Positions 19,119 to 29,277 of a DNA stretch of 64,000 nt are shown one piece after another. The stretch comes from an uncultured Spirochaetota bacterium. Its GTDB lineage: Bacteria; Spirochaetota; Brevinematia; Brevinematales; JAOACQ01. Location: NCBI GenBank assembly GCA_963783575.1, contig CAWAOD010000004.1:258056-322055 (forward strand). The letters are read 5' to 3'. Position 1 is the first letter of the stretch. The number at the start of each line of letters is the position of its first letter. Made by a program: the position numbers and the translations under genes. Below the pieces are notes generated by a model. It had not been told where the DNA came from. It ran no database searches and worked only from the letters and a program-made list of their open reading frames with translations.

Positions 19119-21011
19119 ATGGAAAGAAAATTAAGCATCGACCCCGCATCCGAAAAAATGATAGGCAGGGCTAAAAGTGAAAATATAGAAATTGTCTGGG
19201 ACAGATTGAAAAAAATGACTCCACAGTGCGGATTTGGAACGCTCGGGATATGCTGCAGTATCTGCAATATGGGGCCATGCAACATTGATCCTTTCGAGGA
19301 GGATAAAAAGAAAGGAGTTTGCGGAGCGGACATCGATCTTATTGCGGCGAGGAACCTGGCTCGGAAAGTAGCGGCTGGTTCCGCGGCTCATTCCGACCAT
19401 GGCAGGGACATCGCGGAGGCTTTTTTTGAAATCGCGGAGGATAAAACCGCCGATTTTCATGTGATAGATGAAGAGAAACTTATCAAATTGGCGCTTGAGT
19501 TTGATGTTATTTCCGATAAAAAAACGGTCCGCGATATAGTCAAAGAACTTGCGCCGAAAATGATCTCGGAGTTCGGAAAATACGACGGCACTATAACAAT
19601 GATAAAACGTTCGCCGTCAAAGCAGAAAGAAATATGGGAAAAGCAGAATATGCTCCCCAGGAATATAGACAGGGAAGTTGTTGAAATCATGCACAGGACA
19701 AATATGGGGGTCGACAATAATTATAAGTCTATCCTTATCGGCGCTATGAAATGCGCGCTTTCCGACGGCTGGGGCGGCTCAATGATCTCATCCGAATTGA
19801 CCGACACAATCCTTGGTTCTCCGAAGCCAGTCAGGGCTGTTGTAAATCTGGGAGTTTTAAAAAAAGAAATGGTAAATATAGTTGTTCATGGGCATGAGCC
19901 GCTTCTTACCGAAGCGGTTTACCGGGTTGTAAAAGACGGCGAATTTACGGAAGAGGCAAAAAAAGCCGGTGCGGAAGGAATAAACATAGCCGGTATATGC
20001 TGTACGGCCAATGAAATCCTGATGAGGCATGGAATCCCTGTGGCTGGCAATTTTCTTCAGCAGGAACTCGCTCTTCTGACTGGCGCGGTTGAAGTTATGA
20101 TGGTGGATGTTCAGTGCATCATGCCTTCAATATCCGACGTGGCAAGATGCTTTCACACAAAGGTTATCACAACATCGATCAAGGCAAAATTCCCGGAAAT
20201 CGTAAAACACATTCAATTCGAGCCCAAAAAGGCGCTGGAAACCGCCAGGGAAATCATAAAAATCGGGATAGATAATTTTAAAAACAGGGAAAAAAGCAGG
20301 GTTATGATACCTGAAGAAACAATGAACCTTGTCGCCGGATTTACCGCGGAAAATGTTAAAACCATCCTGGGAGGGACATTCAGAAAATCATACCGGCCGC
20401 TAAACGAAGCGATTGTTTCCGGTAAAATCAGGGGAATCGCAGGCGTCATCGGATGCAACAATCCTAAACTCACGCACGATTTTCATCATATTGCGCTTGT
20501 AAAGGAACTTATTAAAAATGATGTCCTCGTTCTTCAAACCGGTTGTTCGGCGATCGCTTGCGCCAAGGGCGGCCTACTGAAGCCCGAAGCCGCAAAAGAA
20601 CTCGCGGGTCCCGGCCTTTACGAGATATGCGAAGCTGTTGGAATACCTCCTGTTCTGCATTTCGGTTCATGCGTGGACAACAGCAGGATACTGAATGCCG
20701 CGGTCGAATTGATCAACGAGGGAAGGATCGGTAAAAGTTTTGACGAACTGCCGGTCGCGGGAAGTGCCCCCGAATGCTGGATGAGTGAAAAATCGATCGC
20801 TATCGGATTCTATTTTGTCGCGTCCGGTATTTACACCGTGCTGGGAATGCCGCTTCCGATGATGGGAAGCAGGAATGTAGAGAATTTTCTCTGTTCCGAA
20901 GTTGAGGAGATTACCGGCGGTAAATTCGCTTTTGAGGAAGACCCGGTCAAAGCGGCGCATTTGATGATCGATCATATTGAGGGAAAACGGAAAAAACTGG
21001 GGTTGAAATAG
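19119..21011 (+). CDS. cooS: anaerobic Ni-CO dehydrogenase catalytic subunit (CooS/AcsA)
   Basis: CGFGTLGICCSICNMGPC, HSDH, HGHEP, ICCTANE, GCNN, TGCS and GSCVDNSR motifs. Confidence 0.97.
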   Translation: MERKLSIDPASEKMIGRAKSENIEIVWDRLKKMTPQCGFGTLGICCSICNMGPCNIDPFEEDKKKGVCGADIDLIAARNLARKVAAGSAAHSDHGRDIAEAFFEIAEDKTADFHVIDEEKLIKLALEFDVISDKKTVRDIVKELAPKMISEFGKYDGTITMIKRSPSKQKEIWEKQNMLPRNIDREVVEIMHRTNMGVDNNYKSILIGAMKCALSDGWGGSMISSELTDTILGSPKPVRAVVNLGVLKKEMVNIVVHGHEPLLTEAVYRVVKDGEFTEEAKKAGAEGINIAGICCTANEILMRHGIPVAGNFLQQELALLTGAVEVMMVDVQCIMPSISDVARCFHTKVITTSIKAKFPEIVKHIQFEPKKALETAREIIKIGIDNFKNREKSRVMIPEETMNLVAGFTAENVKTILGGTFRKSYRPLNEAIVSGKIRGIAGVIGCNNPKLTHDFHHIALVKELIKNDVLVLQTGCSAIACAKGGLLKPEAAKELAGPGLYEICEAVGIPPVLHFGSCVDNSRILNAAVELINEGRIGKSFDELPVAGSAPECWMSEKSIAIGFYFVASGIYTVLGMPLPMMGSRNVENFLCSEVEEITGGKFAFEEDPVKAAHLMIDHIEGKRKKLGLK

Positions 21012-21434
21012 ATGAAAAAAATATACTGCGACATTCATAAATGCCTGAACTGCAGAAGATGCGAATTTGCCTGTTATATCAAGAACGCGGGTGTTAATAA
21101 TGTCTTCGAGGCTGTAAAAGCCGGTACTGCGCCCGTAAAGAACATCGATCTATTAAGGATCGGGGAAGAATCATTTCCCTTCAACTGCAGGCAGTGCGAT
21201 GAGCCGTTCTGCGTTGAAGCATGCATTTCGGGAGCGCTCTTTATCAATGAATCCAACGGAAGAATTTCATTCAACATCGATAAATGCGTGGGATGCTGGT
21301 CCTGCATTATGAAATGCCCGTACGGCTCTGTAAAAATGCTGAAGGGAAAAGCCTCAAGGTGTGACCTTTGTTCCGGCAGGGAAATACCGGAATGCGTAAA
21401 CGCCTGCCCGACAAGGGCGCTTGTGATTGAATAA
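21012..21434 (+). CDS. cooF: CooF-like multi-[4Fe-4S] electron transfer protein
   Basis: CLNCRRCEFAC, CRQCDEPFCVEAC, CVGCWSCIMKCP and CDLC...CVNACPT motifs. Confidence 0.85.
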   Translation: MKKIYCDIHKCLNCRRCEFACYIKNAGVNNVFEAVKAGTAPVKNIDLLRIGEESFPFNCRQCDEPFCVEACISGALFINESNGRISFNIDKCVGCWSCIMKCPYGSVKMLKGKASRCDLCSGREIPECVNACPTRALVIE

Positions 21435-21457
21435 ACCATATTTTCAGGAATAATAAA

Positions 21458-22765
21458 ATGAAAAGTTTTGTCATAATCGGAAACAGCGCTGCCGGGATCG
21501 CCTGCGCTGAAGAGATAAGAAAAAGCGATAAAAGCTCATCAATTACGATTATTACCGATGAAAAAGGCGCGGCGTACTCCAGATGTCTTTTATCATATTT
21601 TATTTCAGGCCAGATCGGCGGAAATGAAATGCTTTATAAAAATGATGATTTCTATGAATTAAACAATATTAAGCTGATGGACGGTACAAAGGCGGTATCG
21701 ATCGATCCTTCAGGCAAAAAAGTCAATATCGGCGGAGGATCGGTTTCTTACGACAAACTTCTCATATCTACCGGGGCGAATCCAAATAACCAGTATACTA
21801 TACCTGCAGGCTGCGAAGGAATACATACCCTGCGTTATATTGACGATGCCCTGAAAATCAACGAAAAGCTTAACGGTGTTAAAAACGCCGTTGTTCTGGG
21901 ATCGGGGTTAATAGGAATGAAAATAGCCTACGCTGTTTATAAAAAAGGAATTAACGTAACAATCATAGCAAAATCCGGCCATATTTTACCGCAGATGCTG
22001 GACAAAGAATCCTCAAGTTTTCTGAACTCAATTATAAGTTCTAAAAATAATTCAGGATCAAGCGGCCTGGGGGGTGCGCTTGTCAAAATAATTACAAAAT
22101 TGGACGCCGACGGTTTTATTTTCAAAAACAATATGGTTTGCGGAGTAAAATTAAAAAACGGTGAAACCATTAACTGCGATATGGTCATTGTCGGGAAAGG
22201 TGTTAAGCCGAATATCGAACTCGGGATAACCTGCGGGCTTGAAGCGAATTACGGCATAATTACCGATAGTAAAATGAAAACCAGCGATAATGATATTTAT
22301 GCGGCAGGCGATGCCGCTGAAACAGTTGATTTGATAACCGGTGAAAGAGGAATAAAGGCATTGTGGACCGCGGCAGTGGAACAGGGCAAAATAGCGGGAA
22401 AAAACATGCTGGGGATTAATGCGGATTACCTTGGTTCCACTTTGATGAATTCAGTCGAATGTTTCGGTATTCCCTGCATTTCATCGGGAAGTTTGAATGC
22501 AAATGATTCCGAGATTTATGATTACAGGCCGGAAAATAAAACCTCCCTCAGGAGAATATTTGTAAATGGTGGAAGAATTCGCGGTTTTATCACTATCGGT
22601 GATATTGCTTTTTCCGGCATACTGAACGGCCTTTTAAAAGATAAAAAAAACGTTTCGGAAATCAAGGGTATGTTTGGTTCCGGAAGATTGAGCCGGAGCG
22701 ATCTTTTGAGCTGTTCCGGCGAGGAAACGATTATTTCTTTGATGAGTAATAGATTTGATGAGTAA
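21458..22765 (+). CDS. FAD-dependent NAD(P) oxidoreductase (FNOR type)
   Basis: IIGNSAAG, YSRC, GSGLIG and IYAAGD motifs. Confidence 0.88.
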   Translation: MKSFVIIGNSAAGIACAEEIRKSDKSSSITIITDEKGAAYSRCLLSYFISGQIGGNEMLYKNDDFYELNNIKLMDGTKAVSIDPSGKKVNIGGGSVSYDKLLISTGANPNNQYTIPAGCEGIHTLRYIDDALKINEKLNGVKNAVVLGSGLIGMKIAYAVYKKGINVTIIAKSGHILPQMLDKESSSFLNSIISSKNNSGSSGLGGALVKIITKLDADGFIFKNNMVCGVKLKNGETINCDMVIVGKGVKPNIELGITCGLEANYGIITDSKMKTSDNDIYAAGDAAETVDLITGERGIKALWTAAVEQGKIAGKNMLGINADYLGSTLMNSVECFGIPCISSGSLNANDSEIYDYRPENKTSLRRIFVNGGRIRGFITIGDIAFSGILNGLLKDKKNVSEIKGMFGSGRLSRSDLLSCSGEETIISLMSNRFDE

Positions 22766-22786
22766 TAGAAAGGAAGGATATAGCCT

Positions 22787-24964
22787 ATGTCAAAAATAGT
22801 CGCGAGTTCGGTTATAAAAGGCACATCGGAATTATTAAACAGTGTAAAGGAAAAATACAGCATGGTTGCCGCGGCTAAATCACCCGGGCATCCGGCCGTT
22901 TTTCCCGGAACAGCATACTACGCACCGATAATTTTCACAATGACCGGATATAAGATTGAAAACCTCAAGCAGATCGGGGATTTTTTCCCTGTTCTTGAAA
23001 AATTTATATCTCCTTTACCTTTTGATGACAACTGGCTGCCCTACCTCAGCCAGGCCCTGGACGGCGGTATTGCAGCTCTGATGCTTGAAGAAATACTTAT
23101 GCTGCTTAGATACGCGGAGGGTTTTGAGCCCGCGAACGGATACGAAGGATTTCTCTCCGACACAAGGATGAGGACTCTCGGCGTTCAGCTAGTCGACGGC
23201 AGGATTCCCGGGTTCGCGGCCATTATCGGCGCTCCTGCGGACAGCAAAACCGCTGTAAAAATAGTCCGTGAGCTTCAGGAAAGGAGCATCCTTATATTTT
23301 TAAGCGGTAAATCAAATAATATAGCCATGAAAGATCAGCTTGAGTCCGAGGGTGTGGAAATGGGATGGGACTCCTATATTGTTCCGCTTGGCGAGGATAC
23401 GGAGTCCACCATCTTTGCCCTGAACTGGGCGATCCGGGCCGCTTTGACATTCGGCGGACTTCAGGGCGGCGACGCTCAAAAATGCCTCGAATACTGCAGG
23501 GACAGGGTTTTTGCTTTCGGGCTCGGACTCGGCGGAATCGACGATCTGAAATACGCGACGGGTGCAGGAGCAATAGCTATGGGTTTCCCTGTTATCTCAG
23601 ATACTGACATTCCTGAAATCCTGGCAACAGGAGTCTGCACATACGAAGCTCTTGTCAAAGAAAAGGATTACGGTAAAATCGTTCAGAAGGCGATAGAGAT
23701 CAGGGGCATCAAAGTAAAGCTTTCAAAGCCCCCAATCCCGGTATTATATAGTTCCGCTTTCGAAGGCGAGAGGATCAGGAAAGAGGATTTATATATCGAG
23801 TTCGGCGGAAAAGGCGGAACCGGGTTTGAGCTCCTCATTTCAAAAGATTTAAACGAACTTGAAAATAAAAAAATAACAGTCACTGGAAAAGAGATAGATA
23901 ACTGCGTTGCGGGTGAAAAACTTGACCTCGCGATCCTGGTTAAAGTCGCCGGCAGGAATATGCAGAAGGATTTCGAGCCGATTCTGGAAAGGCAGTTCCA
24001 CAGGATTATGAATTACGCGATGGGTGTTATGCATATCGGCCAGCGTAATTTTGTCTGGATAAGGATAGGCAAAAACGCGAAGGAGCAGGGTTTTAAATTC
24101 CGGCATCTCGGCGAAATCATATACACAATGATAATGAACGAATACGGAAAACTTGTAGATAAAATCGAAGTTGAGATAATAACCGATTCTAATGAGGTAA
24201 TGAAGCATCTTCCCGAAGCAAAATCCGTTTACGAGGAAAGGGACAAGAGGATTGGGGAAATGACGGATGAAAGCGTTAATGTTTTTTATTCATGCCTCCT
24301 TTGCCAGTCTTTCGCGCCCAATCATGTATGCATTATCACACCCGAAAGACTCGGATTGTGCGGCGCATATAACTGGCTCGACGGAAAAGCCGCGTACCAG
24401 ATAGAGCCGACAGGCCCGAACCAGCCTGTAGAAAAAGGCGAAGCAATCGATTTAAGGCTCGGCCAGTGGAAAGGAATAAACGAGTTCGTTCATAAATACT
24501 CAAATAAATCGATCGACAGTTTCAGCGCGTATTCCATAATCAGTGATCCTATGACTTCCTGCGGCTGTTTTGAGTGTATTGTTGCCATTCTGCCGGGCAC
24601 ATGCGGAGTGATGATCGTCGACAGGAATTACCCGGGAATGACGCCTTCGGGAATGACTTTTTCCACCCTCGCAGGCGTTGTCGGCGGCGGCCGTCAGAAC
24701 CCCGGGTTTTTAGGCATCGGCATAAATTACATAATAAGCGATAAATTCATCAGTGCAGAGGGCGGATTGAGACGAGTCGTCTGGATGCCTTCGGATTTAA
24801 AGGAGAGATTAAAACCCGAACTGGAACGAATATCGGTAAAAATAGGAACACCGGGCCTGCCCGATAAAATCGCAGATGAAACCGTCACAACTGATTTGAT
24901 GGAGCTCGCCGCGTTCCTTACGGATAAAAAGCACCCGGCCCTTGAAATGGGAGAACTTTTCTAG
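22787..24964 (+). CDS. acsB: acetyl-CoA synthase (bacterial type)
   Basis: YSCLLCQSFAPNHVC, PERLGLCGA and DPMTSCGCFE A-cluster motifs. Confidence 0.97.
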   Translation: MSKIVASSVIKGTSELLNSVKEKYSMVAAAKSPGHPAVFPGTAYYAPIIFTMTGYKIENLKQIGDFFPVLEKFISPLPFDDNWLPYLSQALDGGIAALMLEEILMLLRYAEGFEPANGYEGFLSDTRMRTLGVQLVDGRIPGFAAIIGAPADSKTAVKIVRELQERSILIFLSGKSNNIAMKDQLESEGVEMGWDSYIVPLGEDTESTIFALNWAIRAALTFGGLQGGDAQKCLEYCRDRVFAFGLGLGGIDDLKYATGAGAIAMGFPVISDTDIPEILATGVCTYEALVKEKDYGKIVQKAIEIRGIKVKLSKPPIPVLYSSAFEGERIRKEDLYIEFGGKGGTGFELLISKDLNELENKKITVTGKEIDNCVAGEKLDLAILVKVAGRNMQKDFEPILERQFHRIMNYAMGVMHIGQRNFVWIRIGKNAKEQGFKFRHLGEIIYTMIMNEYGKLVDKIEVEIITDSNEVMKHLPEAKSVYEERDKRIGEMTDESVNVFYSCLLCQSFAPNHVCIITPERLGLCGAYNWLDGKAAYQIEPTGPNQPVEKGEAIDLRLGQWKGINEFVHKYSNKSIDSFSAYSIISDPMTSCGCFECIVAILPGTCGVMIVDRNYPGMTPSGMTFSTLAGVVGGGRQNPGFLGIGINYIISDKFISAEGGLRRVVWMPSDLKERLKPELERISVKIGTPGLPDKIADETVTTDLMELAAFLTDKKHPALEMGELF

Positions 24965-25253
24965 GCGGCATCGTGTCGCACGCCGAACTGGTGTTCGGCG
25001 GCCTTATTGTTGTTTGAAAAGTTATCATGGCACATCAGTGTGCCCTATACAGCTTGTGTTGGGCGAACTGCGCTAAGTCTTGCAAAGAAACGTTCACCGA
25101 GTATATTGCTTCTTTGTACAGCAGCATCATGAGGGGGACATTTTAATTAGAAGATATCTGGTCGCTATTGAATAGTTCCCTCGTAGTACTGCAAAGCAGG
25201 AAATGATAGACTCGGGAACCAGAACATTGCTTAAAGGTTAACAAGGAGTCTCT

Positions 25254-26183
25254 ATGAAGGAAGAATTAAAAGAAAAATGGAATGGAAAAGTAAACGAGGT
25301 AAAATTATCCGAAAAAACAGCAATCGGTGGAGAAACGGCTTTTTCATATTCATTGTTTGAGGGAAGTTTCCCGAACAGGCCGAAGATCGCGATGGAAATA
25401 AATGATATATACCCGGCGAACTGGCCGGAGCATTTGAGGGAATCCATAGGAGACAGTCATTTAAAAACCTCTTCATTATGGGCAAAAAGAATATCGGAAG
25501 AATTCAAGCCTGATCTGATAATGTTCGATATGACCGGTACCCATCAGGATAAAGAGAACATTTCACCGGAAACTGCCGTTGATAACCTTAATTCCGTCCT
25601 GGATGTAACTGACTTACCCGTCATATTAAGGTCGGCCGGTAATTTCGAAAAACAGAACAGTGTAATGTCAAAATGCGCCGAAAAAGCAAAAAGACAGGTT
25701 ATTCTGGGTTCAGCATCACAGGACAATTACCGGACAATAACCGCTTCCGCTCTGGCGTTCAACCATTATCTGATCGCCGAATCCCCCATCGATGTTAACA
25801 TCGCGAAACAGTTGAATATCCTCATAACACAGCTGAACTTCCCTTTAAACAGGGTAATAATGGACCCTTTGACCGGGGCTCTGGGTTACGGCCTGGAATA
25901 CAGTTATTCCGTGATGGAAAGGATCCGTTTGCAAACACTCAACGATGATAAAATGATGACTACGCCGATGGTCTGTTTTGTGGGACAGGAAATCTGGAAA
26001 ATTAAAGAAACTCGTCTGGAGGATAACAACCTCGGAGAACGTTCACGCCGAAGTATCAATTGGGAGACCTCAACTGCGGTTACACTTATTCTTTCCGGCG
26101 CAAATATAGTATCCGTGAGGCATCCCGAATCTTTGAAACAGATAAAAGGTTTTATAAATTCATTATTTAACGGGGGGAATTAA
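25254..26183 (+). CDS. acsD: corrinoid iron-sulfur protein small subunit
   Basis: SPIDVNIAKQLN, MDPLTGALGYGLEYSYSVMER and RHPES motifs. Confidence 0.95.
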   Translation: MKEELKEKWNGKVNEVKLSEKTAIGGETAFSYSLFEGSFPNRPKIAMEINDIYPANWPEHLRESIGDSHLKTSSLWAKRISEEFKPDLIMFDMTGTHQDKENISPETAVDNLNSVLDVTDLPVILRSAGNFEKQNSVMSKCAEKAKRQVILGSASQDNYRTITASALAFNHYLIAESPIDVNIAKQLNILITQLNFPLNRVIMDPLTGALGYGLEYSYSVMERIRLQTLNDDKMMTTPMVCFVGQEIWKIKETRLEDNNLGERSRRSINWETSTAVTLILSGANIVSVRHPESLKQIKGFINSLFNGGN

Positions 26184-26184
26184 A

Positions 26185-27510
26185 ATGGCATTAACAGGAC
26201 TTGAGATTTTTAAATTACTGCCTAATAAGAACTGCAGGGAATGCGGAGTGCCGACCTGCCTTGCTTTCGCTATGAAGCTCGCGGCCAAGTCCGCAGACCC
26301 GGCTTTATGCCCATATATTTCAAAAGAATCGATTGAGATTCTCGGTTCTTCCCAATCCCCGCCGATTAAAAAACTGGTTTTCAAAGCTGGCGGAAGCGCC
26401 TTTGAAACCGGTTCCGAAACGGTAATGTACAGGCATGAAAAAACATTCGTCAACAAAACGCTTATAGCTCTTGAAGTAAGCGATTCATTGCCGGAAAGCG
26501 AATTCAAATCAAGAGTTGAAAATATAAAATCGGCCGTATTTGAAAGGGTCGGTGAAAAGCTTTTCCCCGAAGGTATATCGCTTGTTTTCGAGTCGGGCAT
26601 AAAAGAGACATACTTAAAATGTTATAAAGAACTTCAAAGTCTTGATAAAATAATAGTGCTCTCCGGAATTACACCGGAAATACTGAAAGAAATAATTTCC
26701 ATCGAGAGTAATTTTTCCCGTCTGGCCGTTAACTCCTTAAGGATGGAAACACTTGATAATTTCAAGGATTATCTTGTTAATAAAGACATAAAAGTTGTCC
26801 TGGAGGCTGATGATGCGGACAAACTTTTCGAGCTTGTCATTAAAGCGGAAGGCTCGGGTTTAAAGAATCTTATTTTGAAGCTGAAATCCGGATCAATTGC
26901 AGGTCTACTGGAAAATAATATATCATTGAGACGGCTTGCATTAAAGAAGGGCTTCAAACCGGCGGGATACCCTGTGATCAGCGAATGCGCCGACGAATTA
27001 TTCACAGCAATAACAGGCATCTGCAAATATTCATCAATACTCATTCTGAAAAAATACGATGCCTCTTCACTATTCCCGCTTCTAACCTTAAGGCAGAACA
27101 TTTATACCGATCCTCAAAAGCCTCTTCAGATCCAGCCGGGGATTTACAATATCGGTGAGCCTTCTGGGGCGTCGCCGCTGCTTGTCTCCACGAATTTTTC
27201 TTTGACCTATTTTATCGTTTCAGGAGAAGTCGAAAATTCTCCTTACAGCGCGAGGCTTCTTGTTACTGATTCCGAAGGAATGTCGGTTTTAACAGCCTGG
27301 TCCGCAAATAAATTTTCCGCAGATTTGATCGCGAAGGGAATTGCCGGTTCAAACATTGAGGATATCATCAGCCATAGAAAACTGATTATCCCGGGTTTTA
27401 CTGCGATTCTGAAGGGGGACCTGGAGGATAAATTAAAAGGCTGGGAAATTATGGTCGGGCCCCAGGAAGCTTCCGATATTCCGCAATACCTGAAAGAAGT
27501 CTGGAAATAA
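26185..27510 (+). CDS. acsC: corrinoid iron-sulfur protein large subunit
   Basis: NCRECGVPTCLAFA, RQNIYTDPQKP, STNFSLTYF and GMSVLTAW motifs. Confidence 0.96.
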   Translation: MALTGLEIFKLLPNKNCRECGVPTCLAFAMKLAAKSADPALCPYISKESIEILGSSQSPPIKKLVFKAGGSAFETGSETVMYRHEKTFVNKTLIALEVSDSLPESEFKSRVENIKSAVFERVGEKLFPEGISLVFESGIKETYLKCYKELQSLDKIIVLSGITPEILKEIISIESNFSRLAVNSLRMETLDNFKDYLVNKDIKVVLEADDADKLFELVIKAEGSGLKNLILKLKSGSIAGLLENNISLRRLALKKGFKPAGYPVISECADELFTAITGICKYSSILILKKYDASSLFPLLTLRQNIYTDPQKPLQIQPGIYNIGEPSGASPLLVSTNFSLTYFIVSGEVENSPYSARLLVTDSEGMSVLTAWSANKFSADLIAKGIAGSNIEDIISHRKLIIPGFTAILKGDLEDKLKGWEIMVGPQEASDIPQYLKEVWK

Positions 27511-27516
27511 AACACT

Positions 27517-29277
27517 ATGGCAAATATAAGGCTCATCTCAGGTAATACTGAAAAAACCGTCCGAACAGAAAAGGGAACAAGCCTTCTGTCACTGATCCGC
27601 GACAATGGCTTTTTTATAGAAGCCCTTTGCAGCGGCGAGGGTAAATGCGGAAAATGCACTGTTAATATAAACGGTAATCCTCAACTCGCCTGCAAAAAAA
27701 TGATTGATGCCGATATTTCCGTCATCATTCCGGATAGTGAGAATATTTTTCAGGATAATAAAATAGCCGCTCCTTCCGGATACGGGAATTTAAATCCAAT
27801 TATTAAAAAAATAATTCTGGATATTAATAAAGATGAAAGAGAACCATATTTGTCCGACTTTGAATTTATCGGCCGTTTGTTAAGAAAGCAGGGAATAACT
27901 GTATCCGGACCGGATAATATTCCTTTAATAGCTGAAATATCAAGGATTTCCCATTTGGATAAAAAAGCAGCAATATTTCTAACAGAGAAAAATCAAAGTT
28001 ACGAAATTATAGACATTTCGGAAAATTATGATGAGAAAAATGTGGGGCTGGCAATAGACATAGGAACAACAACGGTTTCCATCACATTGATCGATCTGGA
28101 AAACGGCAGACTGGCCAATTCCATTTCTTTTTATAATCCCCAGATTATTTACGGCGCTGATATAATCCACAGAATTATCTTCGCCCAGAAAAATGAAAAT
28201 CACAAACTGCTTAAAGACAGGCTAATTGATGAAATTCAAATGGCTATAAGACATTTCTTTGTATGGAATCAGGTTCAGCCTGATGAAATAAAAGCTGTGG
28301 CAGTTTCCGGTAATACTACGATGATCCATTTTTTCCTGGGCCTTCCTTCAAGGTTCATCAGGGAAGAGCCTTACAGTCCCGCAGCAAGGTCATTCCCACC
28401 TCTTAAAGCATTTTCAACTCTTAATTTATTGAATAAAAGCAGGCTATTCATTTTGCCATGCCCTGCGAATTACCTCGGCGGAGACCTTGTGTCCGGAGTC
28501 ATAGCCGCGTGTTTTCACAAAAATGACGGCATATCGGTCCTGCTTGATCTGGGTACTAACGGCGAAATCATCATCGGAAACAAAGACTGGCTGATAGGCT
28601 GCGCGTGTTCGGCAGGACCGGCATTCGAAGGCATGGGGCTTTCCTGCGGGACTAGGTATAAAAAAGGCGCTATAACGGATGTTTATGCCAAAGACGGTAG
28701 TTTTGAATATTCGGCAGCCGGAGGTGAAAAACCATGCGGCATATGCGGCTCCGGTATAATCAGCCTTGTAAAATGCCTCAAGGATGAAAACTTCATCGAC
28801 AACAGGGGAAAGTTTACAGAAAAAGTTAAGGATAAAATTAACGGTAAAAAAGTATTTATACTTTTTAATAAAGATACAACAATGAACCTTGAAGACATTT
28901 ATGTTACTGAAACCGATATCGGAAATATTCTCAGGGCAAAAGCCGCAATCTACGCTGGAATGAGGCTGATCTTTAAAAAACTTTCCCTCGATTTTTCAAT
29001 GGTTGATACCCTTTACATATCCGGCGGCATAGGCAATTCACTCAATATACAGAACGCTCTTGATATCGGCCTCTTCCCTGACCTGGATCCCGGAAAAATT
29101 AAATTCATAGGCAACTCGTCCCTCAATGGGGCAATTGCTTTCCTTCTCTCAAAGGAAGCCAGGGATGATTCTGACGAAATCTTTAAGAAAATAACCTACA
29201 TCGACTTGAGCAGCGAGCCGGATTTTATGGACGAATTTACGGCCGCGTTATTTATCCCGCATACTGATTATGCTTGA
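27517..29277 (+). CDS. acsV: corrinoid reductive activator (RACo/AcsV; 2Fe-2S plus ASKHA ATPase)
   Basis: CSGEGKCGKC, DIGTTT, DLGTNGE, ACSAGPAFEG and GICGSG motifs. Confidence 0.9.
   Translation: MANIRLISGNTEKTVRTEKGTSLLSLIRDNGFFIEALCSGEGKCGKCTVNINGNPQLACKKMIDADISVIIPDSENIFQDNKIAAPSGYGNLNPIIKKIILDINKDEREPYLSDFEFIGRLLRKQGITVSGPDNIPLIAEISRISHLDKKAAIFLTEKNQSYEIIDISENYDEKNVGLAIDIGTTTVSITLIDLENGRLANSISFYNPQIIYGADIIHRIIFAQKNENHKLLKDRLIDEIQMAIRHFFVWNQVQPDEIKAVAVSGNTTMIHFFLGLPSRFIREEPYSPAARSFPPLKAFSTLNLLNKSRLFILPCPANYLGGDLVSGVIAACFHKNDGISVLLDLGTNGEIIIGNKDWLIGCACSAGPAFEGMGLSCGTRYKKGAITDVYAKDGSFEYSAAGGEKPCGICGSGIISLVKCLKDENFIDNRGKFTEKVKDKINGKKVFILFNKDTTMNLEDIYVTETDIGNILRAKAAIYAGMRLIFKKLSLDFSMVDTLYISGGIGNSLNIQNALDIGLFPDLDPGKIKFIGNSSLNGAIAFLLSKEARDDSDEIFKKITYIDLSSEPDFMDEFTAALFIPHTDYA

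Noticed and set aside
17286..29277. Calling the organism an autotrophic acetogen
   Set aside because: The methyl-branch genes and acsE are not in the window, so autotrophy cannot be supported from this sequence.
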